Made by a program: the position numbers and the translations under genes
Shown here: positions 1-8,963 of the stretch, one piece after another
Layout: every line of letters starts with the position of its first letter
How positions within the stretch are numbered: the first letter of the stretch is position 1
Origin: Planctomycetota bacterium
Lineage (GTDB): Bacteria; Planctomycetota; UBA1135
Assembly: GCA_022447335.1 (NCBI GenBank)
Contig: JAKVCF010000001.1
Coordinates: 1-49,955, forward strand
DNA length: 49,955 bases
Reading direction: 5' to 3'
The notes under the pieces: model-generated
Told to the model about the DNA's origin: nothing
Seen by the model: the letters and a program-made list of their open reading frames with translations, nothing else
Databases searched by the model: none

Positions 1-122
1 ACGAAGTATCCGCTGGCGAGGATGACAACCTCTTCAGACCACGGGGGTAGCCCCAGCCCACACAGCAAGAGCAGGCCAAAGGTCGCCAGCGCTGGAGCGC
101 TTGCTATCACTTCGAGGACCAT
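1..122 (-). CDS. DedA/SNARE-associated-like membrane protein, N-terminal fragment (gene runs off the left edge)
   Basis: My reverse-complement translation from the ATG at 122..120 reads MVLEVIASAPALATFGLLLLCGLGLPPWSEEVVILASGYF. This is a hydrophobic helix followed by a G-L-P-x-x-x-E-x(3)-L-x-x-G-like segment reminiscent of DedA N-termini. There is an in-frame stop upstream at 144..146. The fragment is too short to appear in the ORF track. Confidence 0.4.
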   Translation of the reverse strand, partial: MVLEVIASAPALATFGLLLLCGLGLPPWSEEVVILASGYF

Positions 123-145
123 TTCCAAGGCCAAGATTCTAGGTC

Positions 146-754
146 ATGGATGCACCTTGGGCAGGGATACGATGTCTCCCCGTGAAACTGCGTCGCCGCG
201 ATTCAGGAGAAGAGACCGAACTCACGCCAGGTTTAGTGGTCGGCAGGCTCGCCGAATGCGGGCTGAAAATCCAGGATGGCAGCGTTTCGCGTCGGCATGC
301 CAAGCTCGAGCGACGCGGCGAGCAATGGTGGGTGGTCGACTTGGGCTCGTCGAATGGGACCTTGCGTAATGGAGAGCGCGGCCAGGAGTTTGAGCTGCGT
401 GGTGGCGACCTAGTCACATTTGGTGCGGTGGCCTTTGAGTTTGTCGTTACGCCGCCGACATCTGATTTTGGCGATGAAATCTCGATCGAAGACGATTCAG
501 CCCCGGAAGTGCACGCGTCTGAGTCCGCGGTTGAATCTGTCAGAGAGGCAGCCCCTGCGATCTCACATGCTGATCAGGAGCGTGCGCGTTTGCGTCAGGA
601 GCTCAAGCAGTCGAAGCGATCGAGTGGGCTTGGTGATTTGAGCCAGCTCAGTTTCGGCATGCAACTGCTGGTTGGTTTGTTAGCGATCGCTGTAGTTGCG
701 GTGGTTGTTCTTGGCGTCCGCTACTTGTCGGGTGCTATTACTTCGACTGCTTAG
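146..754 (+). CDS. FHA-domain protein with C-terminal transmembrane anchor
   Basis: FHA core is present: GLVVGRLAECGLKIQDGSVSRRHAKLERRGEQWWVVDLGSSNGTLRNGERG...GDLVTFG. The C-terminal hydrophobic helix is LLVGLLAIAVVAVVVLGV. ATG start at 146. Confidence 0.8.
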   Translation: MDAPWAGIRCLPVKLRRRDSGEETELTPGLVVGRLAECGLKIQDGSVSRRHAKLERRGEQWWVVDLGSSNGTLRNGERGQEFELRGGDLVTFGAVAFEFVVTPPTSDFGDEISIEDDSAPEVHASESAVESVREAAPAISHADQERARLRQELKQSKRSSGLGDLSQLSFGMQLLVGLLAIAVVAVVVLGVRYLSGAITSTA

Positions 755-2661
755 TCACGCCGAGTTGATAGCGCGGATTCGAATTCTCGCAGTAGCTTGT
801 CCTTGAGGCGTGGGATGTAGTTGCGGAAGGCACCGTCTAGCTTCGGGTGGTCGGTGCTCATGGCTCGCACGCGGTCGCGGTAGCCTCGCATAGTTTTTTC
901 GTTAAAGGTATTGCGCGATTGCTCCACCATAATCGCTTCGTCCAGTGCTTGCCAAGCAAGCAGGCGTACGAAGTAGTTGCTTTCGCTCAGGCCCGCATGT
1001 GTCAGCAGGAGGTTCCAGCACGAATGTAGTTGTTCACGCCGCTCCTGCTCTTGTTCGGCGGGCACTTGATGTGGCCAATGAATTCGGGCGATTGCCAATG
1101 CGACGCTGGTTCCTGGTTCATAGTCGCTCACGGCCGTATCGAAGAGAGGAGTTCCATGGCTACGCGCTATCTCCCAGTCGTGGAAGGCCTGCCACCAATG
1201 CACGATTGGGTCTTCATAGATTTTTGGGGCTCTATCCGGTGGGGCGTTGCCCAGCAGATAGGCTGCATGGAAGTGCGCCTGCTGAAACTTTGCTTGTCCT
1301 GCGGCAAGGGTTTTTGCGAAGAGATGTTCGGGGATGAATCCGAGATCTTGCGTTTCAATTACTTTGCGCATCAAGGCCTGGGCCAAAGATTCCATCGCCG
1401 GGACATCTTCGCCTCTCTCGTGGAGATCGTGAATCTCGTGTGGGTCATTCTGTAGGTCGAAAAGATCCGCGCGACCGCGGGGGCTGAACCAATAGTCACG
1501 AATTTCCTTCGGCGCATCAGGATTTTCGCGCGCGTACTCATACCAGGCGCGCGTGGTTGGAGTCACAAACTGGTAGTCCACGTGTGCGCCATGCGGGCGC
1601 GTAGCGTCGAGATTCCACAGATAGACGTAGCGCCCGTCCGTGATCACGCGGACTTCATCCATGCGCTCGTCCATGCGACCGCGATAGCCAAATAAATATT
1701 TTTTCTCAGGGCCATTAGCGGGGCCCATGAAGGGTATGCCGTGCATGCCTTCATCGGCGGCCACACCAGCTAGACTTAGGACAGTGGGACCTAAGTCCAC
1801 GAAAGCCACGAGGCGTTGTAGGAGCGCACCAGGTTCATAGCCCTTTGGCGCTAAGTGCTTCCATCGATCAGGAACCACCACGATTAAGGGAACGCGCTGT
1901 CCTGAGTCGCCCGGCCAGCGTTTATGGCGTGGCATGCCGGAGCCATGATCACCAAAGGCGAAGACGATTGTGTCTTTTTCTAGCCCGTCTTCACGTAGCT
2001 GTGCCAGCACCTGGCCCAAGCGCGCATCCATCTCGGTACCTTTGTCATACTCTTGCGCCCAATCCCTTCGTATCTCTGGCAAGTCGGGGTAGTAGGGGGG
2101 TAGATCGAAGGCATCCGGGTCGTGTTTTAGCTCATGGGGTCGCTTGCGGATTTGGCTCTCGTGCGAAACTGTGATGTTGAAGACGGCGAAGAAGGGCTGG
2201 CCTTCGGCGCGCTTGCGCCAATGTGCCGCGTTGCCGGACATGTCCCAAGTCCCTTTTGGTTTTGCGAGGTTGTAATCCTCTTTGCGGTTATTGGTGCAGA
2301 AGTAACCGGCTTCGCGCAGCAGCTGTGGAAAGAAGCGGACGCCTTCGGGGCACGCTAGCCGACTGCGGTGATGGTGTGCGCCTAGGCTGGTTGCGTAGCG
2401 GCCGGTAATCAGGGTTGTGCGAGCCGTCGAGCAGACGGGCGCATTGGACCAGCAACGTTCGTAGCGCACACCTCGTGCGGCCAGACTGTCAAGTACGGGA
2501 GTGTCGGCGTAGTCATCGCCGTAGCAGCCAAGTTGCGGTCCATGGTCCTCAAAGCTCAGCCAGAGGATGTTTGGGCGCTCCGGATCCGAAGTCGTGGATT
2601 CAGTTTCAGCAGGAGTCGATAGATTTTGCCAGAGCAGCAGGGCAGTGAGCAGCATCTGCAT
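751..2661 (-). CDS. Sulfatase-family (alkaline-phosphatase superfamily) protein with about 200-aa C-terminal extension
   Basis: The N-terminal region NILWLSFEDHGPQLGCYGD...NAPVCSTARTTLITGRY matches the sulfatase metal-site and nucleophile region. Downstream GDHG and a lysine/histidine-rich core are typical of the family. The N-terminus is hydrophobic. Confidence 0.85.
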   Translation of the reverse strand: MQMLLTALLLWQNLSTPAETESTTSDPERPNILWLSFEDHGPQLGCYGDDYADTPVLDSLAARGVRYERCWSNAPVCSTARTTLITGRYATSLGAHHHRSRLACPEGVRFFPQLLREAGYFCTNNRKEDYNLAKPKGTWDMSGNAAHWRKRAEGQPFFAVFNITVSHESQIRKRPHELKHDPDAFDLPPYYPDLPEIRRDWAQEYDKGTEMDARLGQVLAQLREDGLEKDTIVFAFGDHGSGMPRHKRWPGDSGQRVPLIVVVPDRWKHLAPKGYEPGALLQRLVAFVDLGPTVLSLAGVAADEGMHGIPFMGPANGPEKKYLFGYRGRMDERMDEVRVITDGRYVYLWNLDATRPHGAHVDYQFVTPTTRAWYEYARENPDAPKEIRDYWFSPRGRADLFDLQNDPHEIHDLHERGEDVPAMESLAQALMRKVIETQDLGFIPEHLFAKTLAAGQAKFQQAHFHAAYLLGNAPPDRAPKIYEDPIVHWWQAFHDWEIARSHGTPLFDTAVSDYEPGTSVALAIARIHWPHQVPAEQEQERREQLHSCWNLLLTHAGLSESNYFVRLLAWQALDEAIMVEQSRNTFNEKTMRGYRDRVRAMSTDHPKLDGAFRNYIPRLKDKLLREFESALSTRRD

Positions 2662-2690
2662 GCTGCCAGCCTAACGCGGTCGCCCTGCGG

Positions 2691-3797
2691 TTATCCGCGT
2701 CGTTCGACAGCCTTCTGATAAGCCGCATAGGTGAGTTGAGCCGCGCGTTCCCAAGTGAACTCCTTGGATCGGCGCAACAGCACGGCGGCAGCATGCTTGC
2801 GCCACCAGTCTTCGGACACGATGCGCTCGATTCCTTCGGCGATCGAATCCACGCTGCGGGTGTTAACTAGCATGCCGGCATTGCCCGCCACCCAGGCTGG
2901 TGAGGTGCCTTCGCCTACTACGACGGGTGTGCCGCATGCCATGGCTTCGAGTACGGGCAGGCCGAAGCCTTCGTGAAGCGAAGGGTGAATTAGTGCGAGC
3001 GCGCCCTGATAGAGCGAGCGTAAGCGATCTTCTGACTCAGCGTGGGAGATCCAGGTGATGCGTTCGCGGTGGCGAGATTTCTCGAGTTGCTCCAGGAAAG
3101 GTTCGTGCTCCCAGCCGGGGCGACCAAGGATGACCCAGTCTGGTGCGAGGTCGCGATCCCAGCAAATTTCCAGCGCCTTTAGGATGCGTGGGTAGTTCTT
3201 GCGCGGTTCAATTGTGCTGACTGTCAGTAGGTATTCGTGCGGCACATGCTTCTCTTCCGGTGGGCAGAAGAAGGGGCTAACGCCGTGCGGCACCACGTGC
3301 ACATGCTGTGGGTTGAGGCCGAGGAGCTCTGCGTCGTGCAGGGTCAGGGCGGTTGGCACGAGCACTACATCAGCTTGGCCCATGTGACGTCGCACGCGAT
3401 CCAACAGACGCGATGTCTCCCAGCCATGGAAGGTTGGGTCGACGGCGAAGGCGGCGTCGTGCATGGTCATGACTGTCGCGCAGGACTTTGCCGATGGAAA
3501 GGTGAAGTCGGTCCAATGAAAGACGTCGACCTTGGCCGGATGTCGGCCAGCATCCATCCCTGGGATGTGATTGATCCAGCGCATTGCGCGACCTGGCAGC
3601 CAGCCGCGGTGCAGCCGATGACGATTGGCTTTTAGGCCTTCGGGAACCTTGCGCCCGCCGCGCCAGCTGGGCGCGAACATCTCTAGGTATGGGCCGTTCT
3701 CGAGTTGGGTCAGCGCTACACCAACCTCGCGGACGTAGCGGCCGATGCCAGCGTAGTCGAACAGAGCCGGGCGAATGTCGAAGCCAACCTTGAGCAT
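2691..3797 (-). CDS. Glycosyltransferase, GT4 (GT-B fold) family
   Basis: C-terminal signature PSLHEGFGLPVLEAMACGTPVVV (E-x7-E type motif). Length of 368 aa is typical. Confidence 0.85.
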   Translation of the reverse strand: MLKVGFDIRPALFDYAGIGRYVREVGVALTQLENGPYLEMFAPSWRGGRKVPEGLKANRHRLHRGWLPGRAMRWINHIPGMDAGRHPAKVDVFHWTDFTFPSAKSCATVMTMHDAAFAVDPTFHGWETSRLLDRVRRHMGQADVVLVPTALTLHDAELLGLNPQHVHVVPHGVSPFFCPPEEKHVPHEYLLTVSTIEPRKNYPRILKALEICWDRDLAPDWVILGRPGWEHEPFLEQLEKSRHRERITWISHAESEDRLRSLYQGALALIHPSLHEGFGLPVLEAMACGTPVVVGEGTSPAWVAGNAGMLVNTRSVDSIAEGIERIVSEDWWRKHAAAVLLRRSKEFTWERAAQLTYAAYQKAVERRG

Positions 3798-3900
3798 GAT
3801 GCGCAGGGAAGACGCAGGAGCGCAGGGGATCTTGCGCTGCGTTTGCGGAAGCTTACCGGAGGGATGCCGTCTGCGTCAGGGAACCCGCTAGATTCAGGGC

Positions 3901-4737
3901 ATGCTTCACGCCCTTCTCCTACCCTGGTTCCTGCTCACCACGAACGGATGCAATGCCTTGCAAGCCAGCTCGAGCGCAGATCACGAGCTGAGTGTGATGA
4001 CTTTTAACATTCGCTATGGGACAGCGGCTGATGGCGAGCACGCCTGGCCGGCGCGTCGCGATCGGGTGGAGGAGCGCATCTTGAGCCAGATGCCAGACCT
4101 CTTGGCTATCCAGGAGGGACTCAATTTCCAGCTCAATGAACTGGCTGAAGCGCTCGCGGGATATCGCAAGTTGGGACAGCATCGGGGAGGTGGCAAAATT
4201 GGGGAGTTCTCCGGCCTTTATGTGCGTGAAGATCGCGTTGAGGTATTGAGCTGGGGCGAATTCTGGCTCTCGCCCACGCCTGGAGAGGTGGCGAGCCGCG
4301 GGTGGGACGCGGCTTTGCCGCGCATGGCGGTCTGGGCCGAAGTACAGCTTCGTTCGGGTGGCAGTGCGGTACGTGTGTATGGCACACATTTCGACCACCG
4401 AGGCGGTCAGGCTCGGTTGCAGTCGAGTGAGCTCATGCTGCGCGATGCCGCCGGGGCTCCGTGCGCCATTGCAATGGGCGACTTCAATGCCGGTGAGGAT
4501 AGTGCACCAGTGCAAGCCTTTTTCCGTGAGGGATGGAAGTCGGCAGTAGCGGTGATGTTGCCCAGCGATCCACGCGGCACTTTCAATGGCTTCCGTGATT
4601 CCACCGGTGGGCGGCGGATTGATCACATATTTTTTAGGGGCATCAAGCCGATCCAGGCCGACATTCTGGGCGGCCGTATGGGCGATCTATTCCCTAGCGA
4701 TCACGACGCAGTGGTCGCGCGTTTTTCGCTGGACTGA
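3901..4737 (+). CDS. Endonuclease/exonuclease/phosphatase (EEP) family protein, secreted
   Basis: Contains MTFNIRYG...LLAIQE...THFDH...GDFN...SDHDAVVARF, the canonical EEP catalytic motif order. N-terminal signal-like segment LLLPWFLLTTNGC. Confidence 0.8.
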   Translation: MLHALLLPWFLLTTNGCNALQASSSADHELSVMTFNIRYGTAADGEHAWPARRDRVEERILSQMPDLLAIQEGLNFQLNELAEALAGYRKLGQHRGGGKIGEFSGLYVREDRVEVLSWGEFWLSPTPGEVASRGWDAALPRMAVWAEVQLRSGGSAVRVYGTHFDHRGGQARLQSSELMLRDAAGAPCAIAMGDFNAGEDSAPVQAFFREGWKSAVAVMLPSDPRGTFNGFRDSTGGRRIDHIFFRGIKPIQADILGGRMGDLFPSDHDAVVARFSLD

Positions 4738-5610
4738 TTACAGTGGATCGGCGTGCACAGTCACATGCGAGCGTGGCACTGCGCGCTTGATTGCTTCGCC
4801 GACATTTTCCGCTAGGTTGTGAGCTGCGACGAAGCTGGCGTTGCGCGGGATGTCGAGGTGGAGTTCGATGAAAAGCTCTGCTCCGGAACGTCGGGCACGC
4901 AGATCGTGGAAACCAGCAACCGCGGGAGCGAAGCCAAGAATCGTACTCAGTACAGCGGCTTCTTCAGTGGGATTCATACCCTTATCCATTAGCCCTTCAG
5001 TCGCTCCGGTGAAAACATTGCGTGCGGTGTTCAGAATTACCAGAGCGATGCCAAGGCCGACGACAAGGTCGGGCCAAGTCCATCCTGTCCAGGCAAAGAG
5101 CCCAAGGGCCAAGGCGGCGGCTAGGTGGGTGGCAAGATCGCTTGCGTAATGCGCGCTGTCCGCGTAGAGGGCTGGCGAGCCGGTTTCGTGGGCGACCTGG
5201 CGCAGTTGGCGGACCAGCCAGAGTGTGACCACTGAACTGCCGACCATGACGACGATGCCAATCGTGCTGGCCTGCAAGGTGTGCTCGGCTTCGATCGCAC
5301 GGTGGATGGTGTGATAAGCCAGCCCTAAGCCCGAAGTCAGGATCAGAATTGACTGTAGCAGGCTGGCCAGTGATTCCGCTTTACCGTGGCCAAAAGGGTG
5401 ATCGGCGTCAGCCGGGCGGGCTGCGGCGGTGACGGCCCAGAGCACCACCAATGAAGCTACGAGGTCCAGTAGAGAATCCACTGCCGAGCCCAGCACGCCC
5501 GAGCTGCCGCTAATCGCGAAAGTGGCTAGTTTGACCAGGCAGAGGCCGCTGGCCACCTTGACGGTGGTGCGGGCCATGCGGGTCTGGGCTGCGTCAGAAA
5601 CTTGTGACAT
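4738..5610 (-). CDS. Cation diffusion facilitator (CDF) family metal efflux transporter
   Basis: Six predicted TM segments. TM2 and TM5 carry H/D-containing motifs (SAVDSLLDL, HYASDLATH). C-terminal cytoplasmic domain is (ELFIELHLDIP...HVTVHADP). Confidence 0.85.
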   Translation of the reverse strand: MSQVSDAAQTRMARTTVKVASGLCLVKLATFAISGSSGVLGSAVDSLLDLVASLVVLWAVTAAARPADADHPFGHGKAESLASLLQSILILTSGLGLAYHTIHRAIEAEHTLQASTIGIVVMVGSSVVTLWLVRQLRQVAHETGSPALYADSAHYASDLATHLAAALALGLFAWTGWTWPDLVVGLGIALVILNTARNVFTGATEGLMDKGMNPTEEAAVLSTILGFAPAVAGFHDLRARRSGAELFIELHLDIPRNASFVAAHNLAENVGEAIKRAVPRSHVTVHADPL

Positions 5611-5660
5611 GCGGAACGGCGCGGTAACCGATTGACGCGAACAGGATACTCTGAGCGGGA

Positions 5661-7310
5661 ATGGCGCCGCTCACCTCCTCCGATCCGCGCCTTCCGCTCT
5701 GGGGCTGGCTGGTCCTGATCGGCGCACTGCTGGCGGTGTTCGCCGTAGTGCTTGACCCAGGGGAAGAGCCAAATCCCGAACCTTTCGGTTCGGGAGAGGA
5801 GGAGATTGCATCGATTTCTGAAGTCGGAGAAATCGACCGCCCCTTTGCCGATCCGGGTGAGATCCCGGCTCAGCCATGGGTGACCGATGTGCTGACGGTT
5901 GAGTTGCGCAGCCTCGGTGGCATTGAGTCCGAGCGTATCGCTCCCAAACGCGCAGGTTCGATGGAAGGGGCTATTCTCAACGAGAAGAAAGAGGGGATCG
6001 AAGGCGTGCGCATGACCATTGTGGGTGGGCCGCAGGATGGCTGGTCGACGGTATCGCGATCCGAAGGGCACTACCTCTTTCCCGAGTTGCTTCCGGGTAC
6101 GCACTTCGTGCGTCTTGAGGTGCCAGGATATGGCACGACGGTGCGTAGTCACCGCGTGCGTGGGAATGGTCGTAGTTGGCGAGACTTCCGGGTTGCGCCG
6201 GCGGTTGGGGTGGAGCTTGCGCTGCGTAATCACGAGAACGACCCGTTAGTCGGTGCGCGGATTTCTTACGGTCTCGACGATGGCGAAGTGTTGAGTGACG
6301 ATGATGGCATTGTGCGCATACCGCCGATGGTGGGCGGCGAGCGCGTGTTACTGACGGTTCGTGCCGAAGGCCATGTGCCAGTGCGGCAGGAGCTCAACCT
6401 ATTACTGCGTCCGGCGAATGCGCCGCCGATTGAAGTGCCGGCTTTGCCGAAGGGCTCGCGCGTGCTCGGCAAAGTTAGCTCTTGGCCAGGTGGCTCTTTC
6501 CCCGAGATCAGTGTGGTGCCGCGCAGCAATGCGATTGGAGCACACAAGGTGGCGTGGGAAACCTGGCAGGGAATCCGTGTCGAACCTGATGGCAGCTTTG
6601 TGCTCGAAAATCTACCAAGTTCACATCTGGTCGATATTCGAGCTTTTCATCCATCGGGGGTAACCGAACCACGGCTGCGTTCAGTGCGGCCGATGACACA
6701 CACGCCCACTCGTGTGCAATTTGTAATTAAGCGCGGACAAGGGCGTGTCGCTGGCAAAGTGACTGATCCACAAGGGAGGCCTTTGCCGCAGGCCACATTA
6801 GTTCTCGAGGCTTCTGACCCAGCGGCGATGCTCGGCGTGCTCTACCCGGGGCTAGACGAGGTGCCGTCGACTGCAATGCTGCCGGTACCGGCAGCATTGC
6901 GTCGCGAGCTTCGCGCACGAAGTGATGGTGGCTTTGACTTTGCGGTAGGGGATCACCCAGATGGAACTGGGGCGTTGGTTCTGACCGCCTCGGCGCCGGG
7001 CTATCAGGATCGAAGGATGCCGATTCGCCGTAGCTACACTGATTTGCACATTAAACTTTCGAGCGAAGATCGCTTGGCCAGTTTGCGGATTGATCCGGGT
7101 ACGCGCCCGCGGCTGCCACGAATAGAGTGGTATCTGGACGGCCGGCCGGTCGATGATATGGGCGGATTACAGGTGCAGCGTGCAGGAAAAGTGGAGACCT
7201 TGATTGGCCTTTCGACTGGGCTCTATGACGTGCTCGTGCGAGCTGGCACCGAGGTCTTGCGACATGATCGTGAATACCGCCTGGCGGGCTCCGCTGAGAT
7301 TGTTTTGTGA
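5661..7310 (+). CDS. Membrane-anchored protein with repeated carboxypeptidase-regulatory-like (CarboxypepD_reg/Ig-like) domains
   Basis: N-terminal TM helix WGWLVLIGALLAVFAVVL. Repeated segments of the type G.V.D..G.P...A.V (for example GRVAGKVTDPQGRPLPQATLVL and SEGHYLFPELLPGTHFVRLEVPGYG). Confidence 0.5.
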   Translation: MAPLTSSDPRLPLWGWLVLIGALLAVFAVVLDPGEEPNPEPFGSGEEEIASISEVGEIDRPFADPGEIPAQPWVTDVLTVELRSLGGIESERIAPKRAGSMEGAILNEKKEGIEGVRMTIVGGPQDGWSTVSRSEGHYLFPELLPGTHFVRLEVPGYGTTVRSHRVRGNGRSWRDFRVAPAVGVELALRNHENDPLVGARISYGLDDGEVLSDDDGIVRIPPMVGGERVLLTVRAEGHVPVRQELNLLLRPANAPPIEVPALPKGSRVLGKVSSWPGGSFPEISVVPRSNAIGAHKVAWETWQGIRVEPDGSFVLENLPSSHLVDIRAFHPSGVTEPRLRSVRPMTHTPTRVQFVIKRGQGRVAGKVTDPQGRPLPQATLVLEASDPAAMLGVLYPGLDEVPSTAMLPVPAALRRELRARSDGGFDFAVGDHPDGTGALVLTASAPGYQDRRMPIRRSYTDLHIKLSSEDRLASLRIDPGTRPRLPRIEWYLDGRPVDDMGGLQVQRAGKVETLIGLSTGLYDVLVRAGTEVLRHDREYRLAGSAEIVL

Positions 7311-7385
7311 GTCATTGAGCCTTAACTACTCTTTCTTTCGCATTCCTCGGCGGGCCTCCGCGAGGAGATACCTAGAATCCTCGTT

Positions 7386-8921
7386 ATGGCCCAACTGACC
7401 CTCGGGAATTTCCTGTCTGAGGAAACTCTGCTTGCCGTTGCCGACGGCCAAGCGCTGCGACTCAGATTTGGCCGCGAGGCCCAGGTGCGAGTGCGTGCGG
7501 CACGCGCGACAGTGGAGTCGATTGTGAAGAGCGGTCGGCCGGTTTACGGAGTGAATACGGGATTTGGCGCACTCGCTAATCATTCGATTGACGCAGCCAA
7601 TACGGGCGTTCTGCAGCGGAATTTGCTGCTCTCACACGCAGTGGGCTGCGGCGATGATATGCGGCCCGAAGAGAAGCGATTAGCCTTGCTTTTGCGCATC
7701 CAGTCCATGTGCCAGGGAGTTAGTGGCGTGCGCCCGGAAGTCGTTCGCTGGCTCATGCGCTTGTATGAATCGGGGTGGTTGCCGCGCGTTCCTGAACAAG
7801 GCTCAGTAGGAGCGTGCGGTGATTTAGCGCCGCTTGCGCACTTGGCCCTACCGCTGGTTGGCGCCGGCGAGATGGTTTCGCCTGAGGGTAAGCAGATGTC
7901 CGCAGCTCGTGCACTCAAAAAAATCGGGCTTGAGCCGATGGGACTTACTGCGAAGGAGGGGTTGGCATTAATTAATGGAGTGCAGATCTCGAATGCGATC
8001 GGTATTGGTGCGCTCGCACGCCTGCGCAAGCTTTCGGCAAGTGCCGACGTTGCGGGCGCACTGTCGGTTGAAGGTTTGATGGGTAGTCATCGCCCATTTG
8101 ATTCCCGCGTGGTTAAGGTTCGCCCGCACCCAGGTGCAGGCGCGACAGCATCCAATCTTCGCAAGCTGTTGCGCGGTTCGCAGGTCGCCAAGTCGCATGC
8201 GCAATGTGAGCGTGTGCAAGATCCATATAGTTTTCGCTGCATGCCGCAGGTACACGGTGCGGCCAAAGATGTAGTCGCTCATTTGGCAGACGTTCTCGTG
8301 CGTGAAGCCAACGCGGCGACGGATAATCCACTCATCTTCCCAGACCGTGGCGACACTATTTCAGCAGGGAATTTCCATGGCCAGCCAATCGCTTTGCCCT
8401 TGGATTACGCAGCGAATGCCTGCTGCAGTTGGGGTAACATTAGTGAGCGGCGTACGAGCGAGTTGATTCATCCCGCGATGTCAGGGTTGCCAGCCTTTCT
8501 TACTCCGGAGCCTGGATTGAATTCAGGTCTTATGATTCCACAGGTCGTTGCAGCGGCGCTGATTAGCGAAAATAAGGTCCTTGCTCATCCCGCGAGCGCT
8601 GATTCAGTGACGACTTCAGCTGACCAAGAGGATCACGTGTCTATGGCGAATCACGCCGCGCGCAAGCTGCGCCAGGCGGCGCAAAATACCGAGCGAGTTA
8701 TTGCTATCGAGTTTTACACCGCGGCGCAGGCGCGAGAGTTCCACCTTGAATTGCGTGCTGGCAAGGGGGCGCAGGCGGCTTACGATCGATTGCGTGCCGA
8801 CATTCCGGCGTTGCGCCAGGACCGTTATATGGGCGCTGAGATCGACCATGTGCACGACTTGGTCGCGCAAGGGGAGTTAGTGTCAGCGGCGGAAGCAGTC
8901 GTTGGCAAGCTAGAACGCTAA
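7386..8921 (+). CDS. hutH: Histidine ammonia-lyase
   Basis: Full-length match to the HAL pattern: YGVNTGFGALA, LQRNLLLSHAVG (the Ser-His pair typical of HAL rather than PAL/TAL), GSVGACGDLAPLAHL (MIO region), NFHG and QEDHVSM. Confidence 0.9.
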   Translation: MAQLTLGNFLSEETLLAVADGQALRLRFGREAQVRVRAARATVESIVKSGRPVYGVNTGFGALANHSIDAANTGVLQRNLLLSHAVGCGDDMRPEEKRLALLLRIQSMCQGVSGVRPEVVRWLMRLYESGWLPRVPEQGSVGACGDLAPLAHLALPLVGAGEMVSPEGKQMSAARALKKIGLEPMGLTAKEGLALINGVQISNAIGIGALARLRKLSASADVAGALSVEGLMGSHRPFDSRVVKVRPHPGAGATASNLRKLLRGSQVAKSHAQCERVQDPYSFRCMPQVHGAAKDVVAHLADVLVREANAATDNPLIFPDRGDTISAGNFHGQPIALPLDYAANACCSWGNISERRTSELIHPAMSGLPAFLTPEPGLNSGLMIPQVVAAALISENKVLAHPASADSVTTSADQEDHVSMANHAARKLRQAAQNTERVIAIEFYTAAQAREFHLELRAGKGAQAAYDRLRADIPALRQDRYMGAEIDHVHDLVAQGELVSAAEAVVGKLER

Positions 8922-8963
8922 GTCGGGATCGTCGACGGTAGGCAGCTTTCGTAGGCTAAAGGA

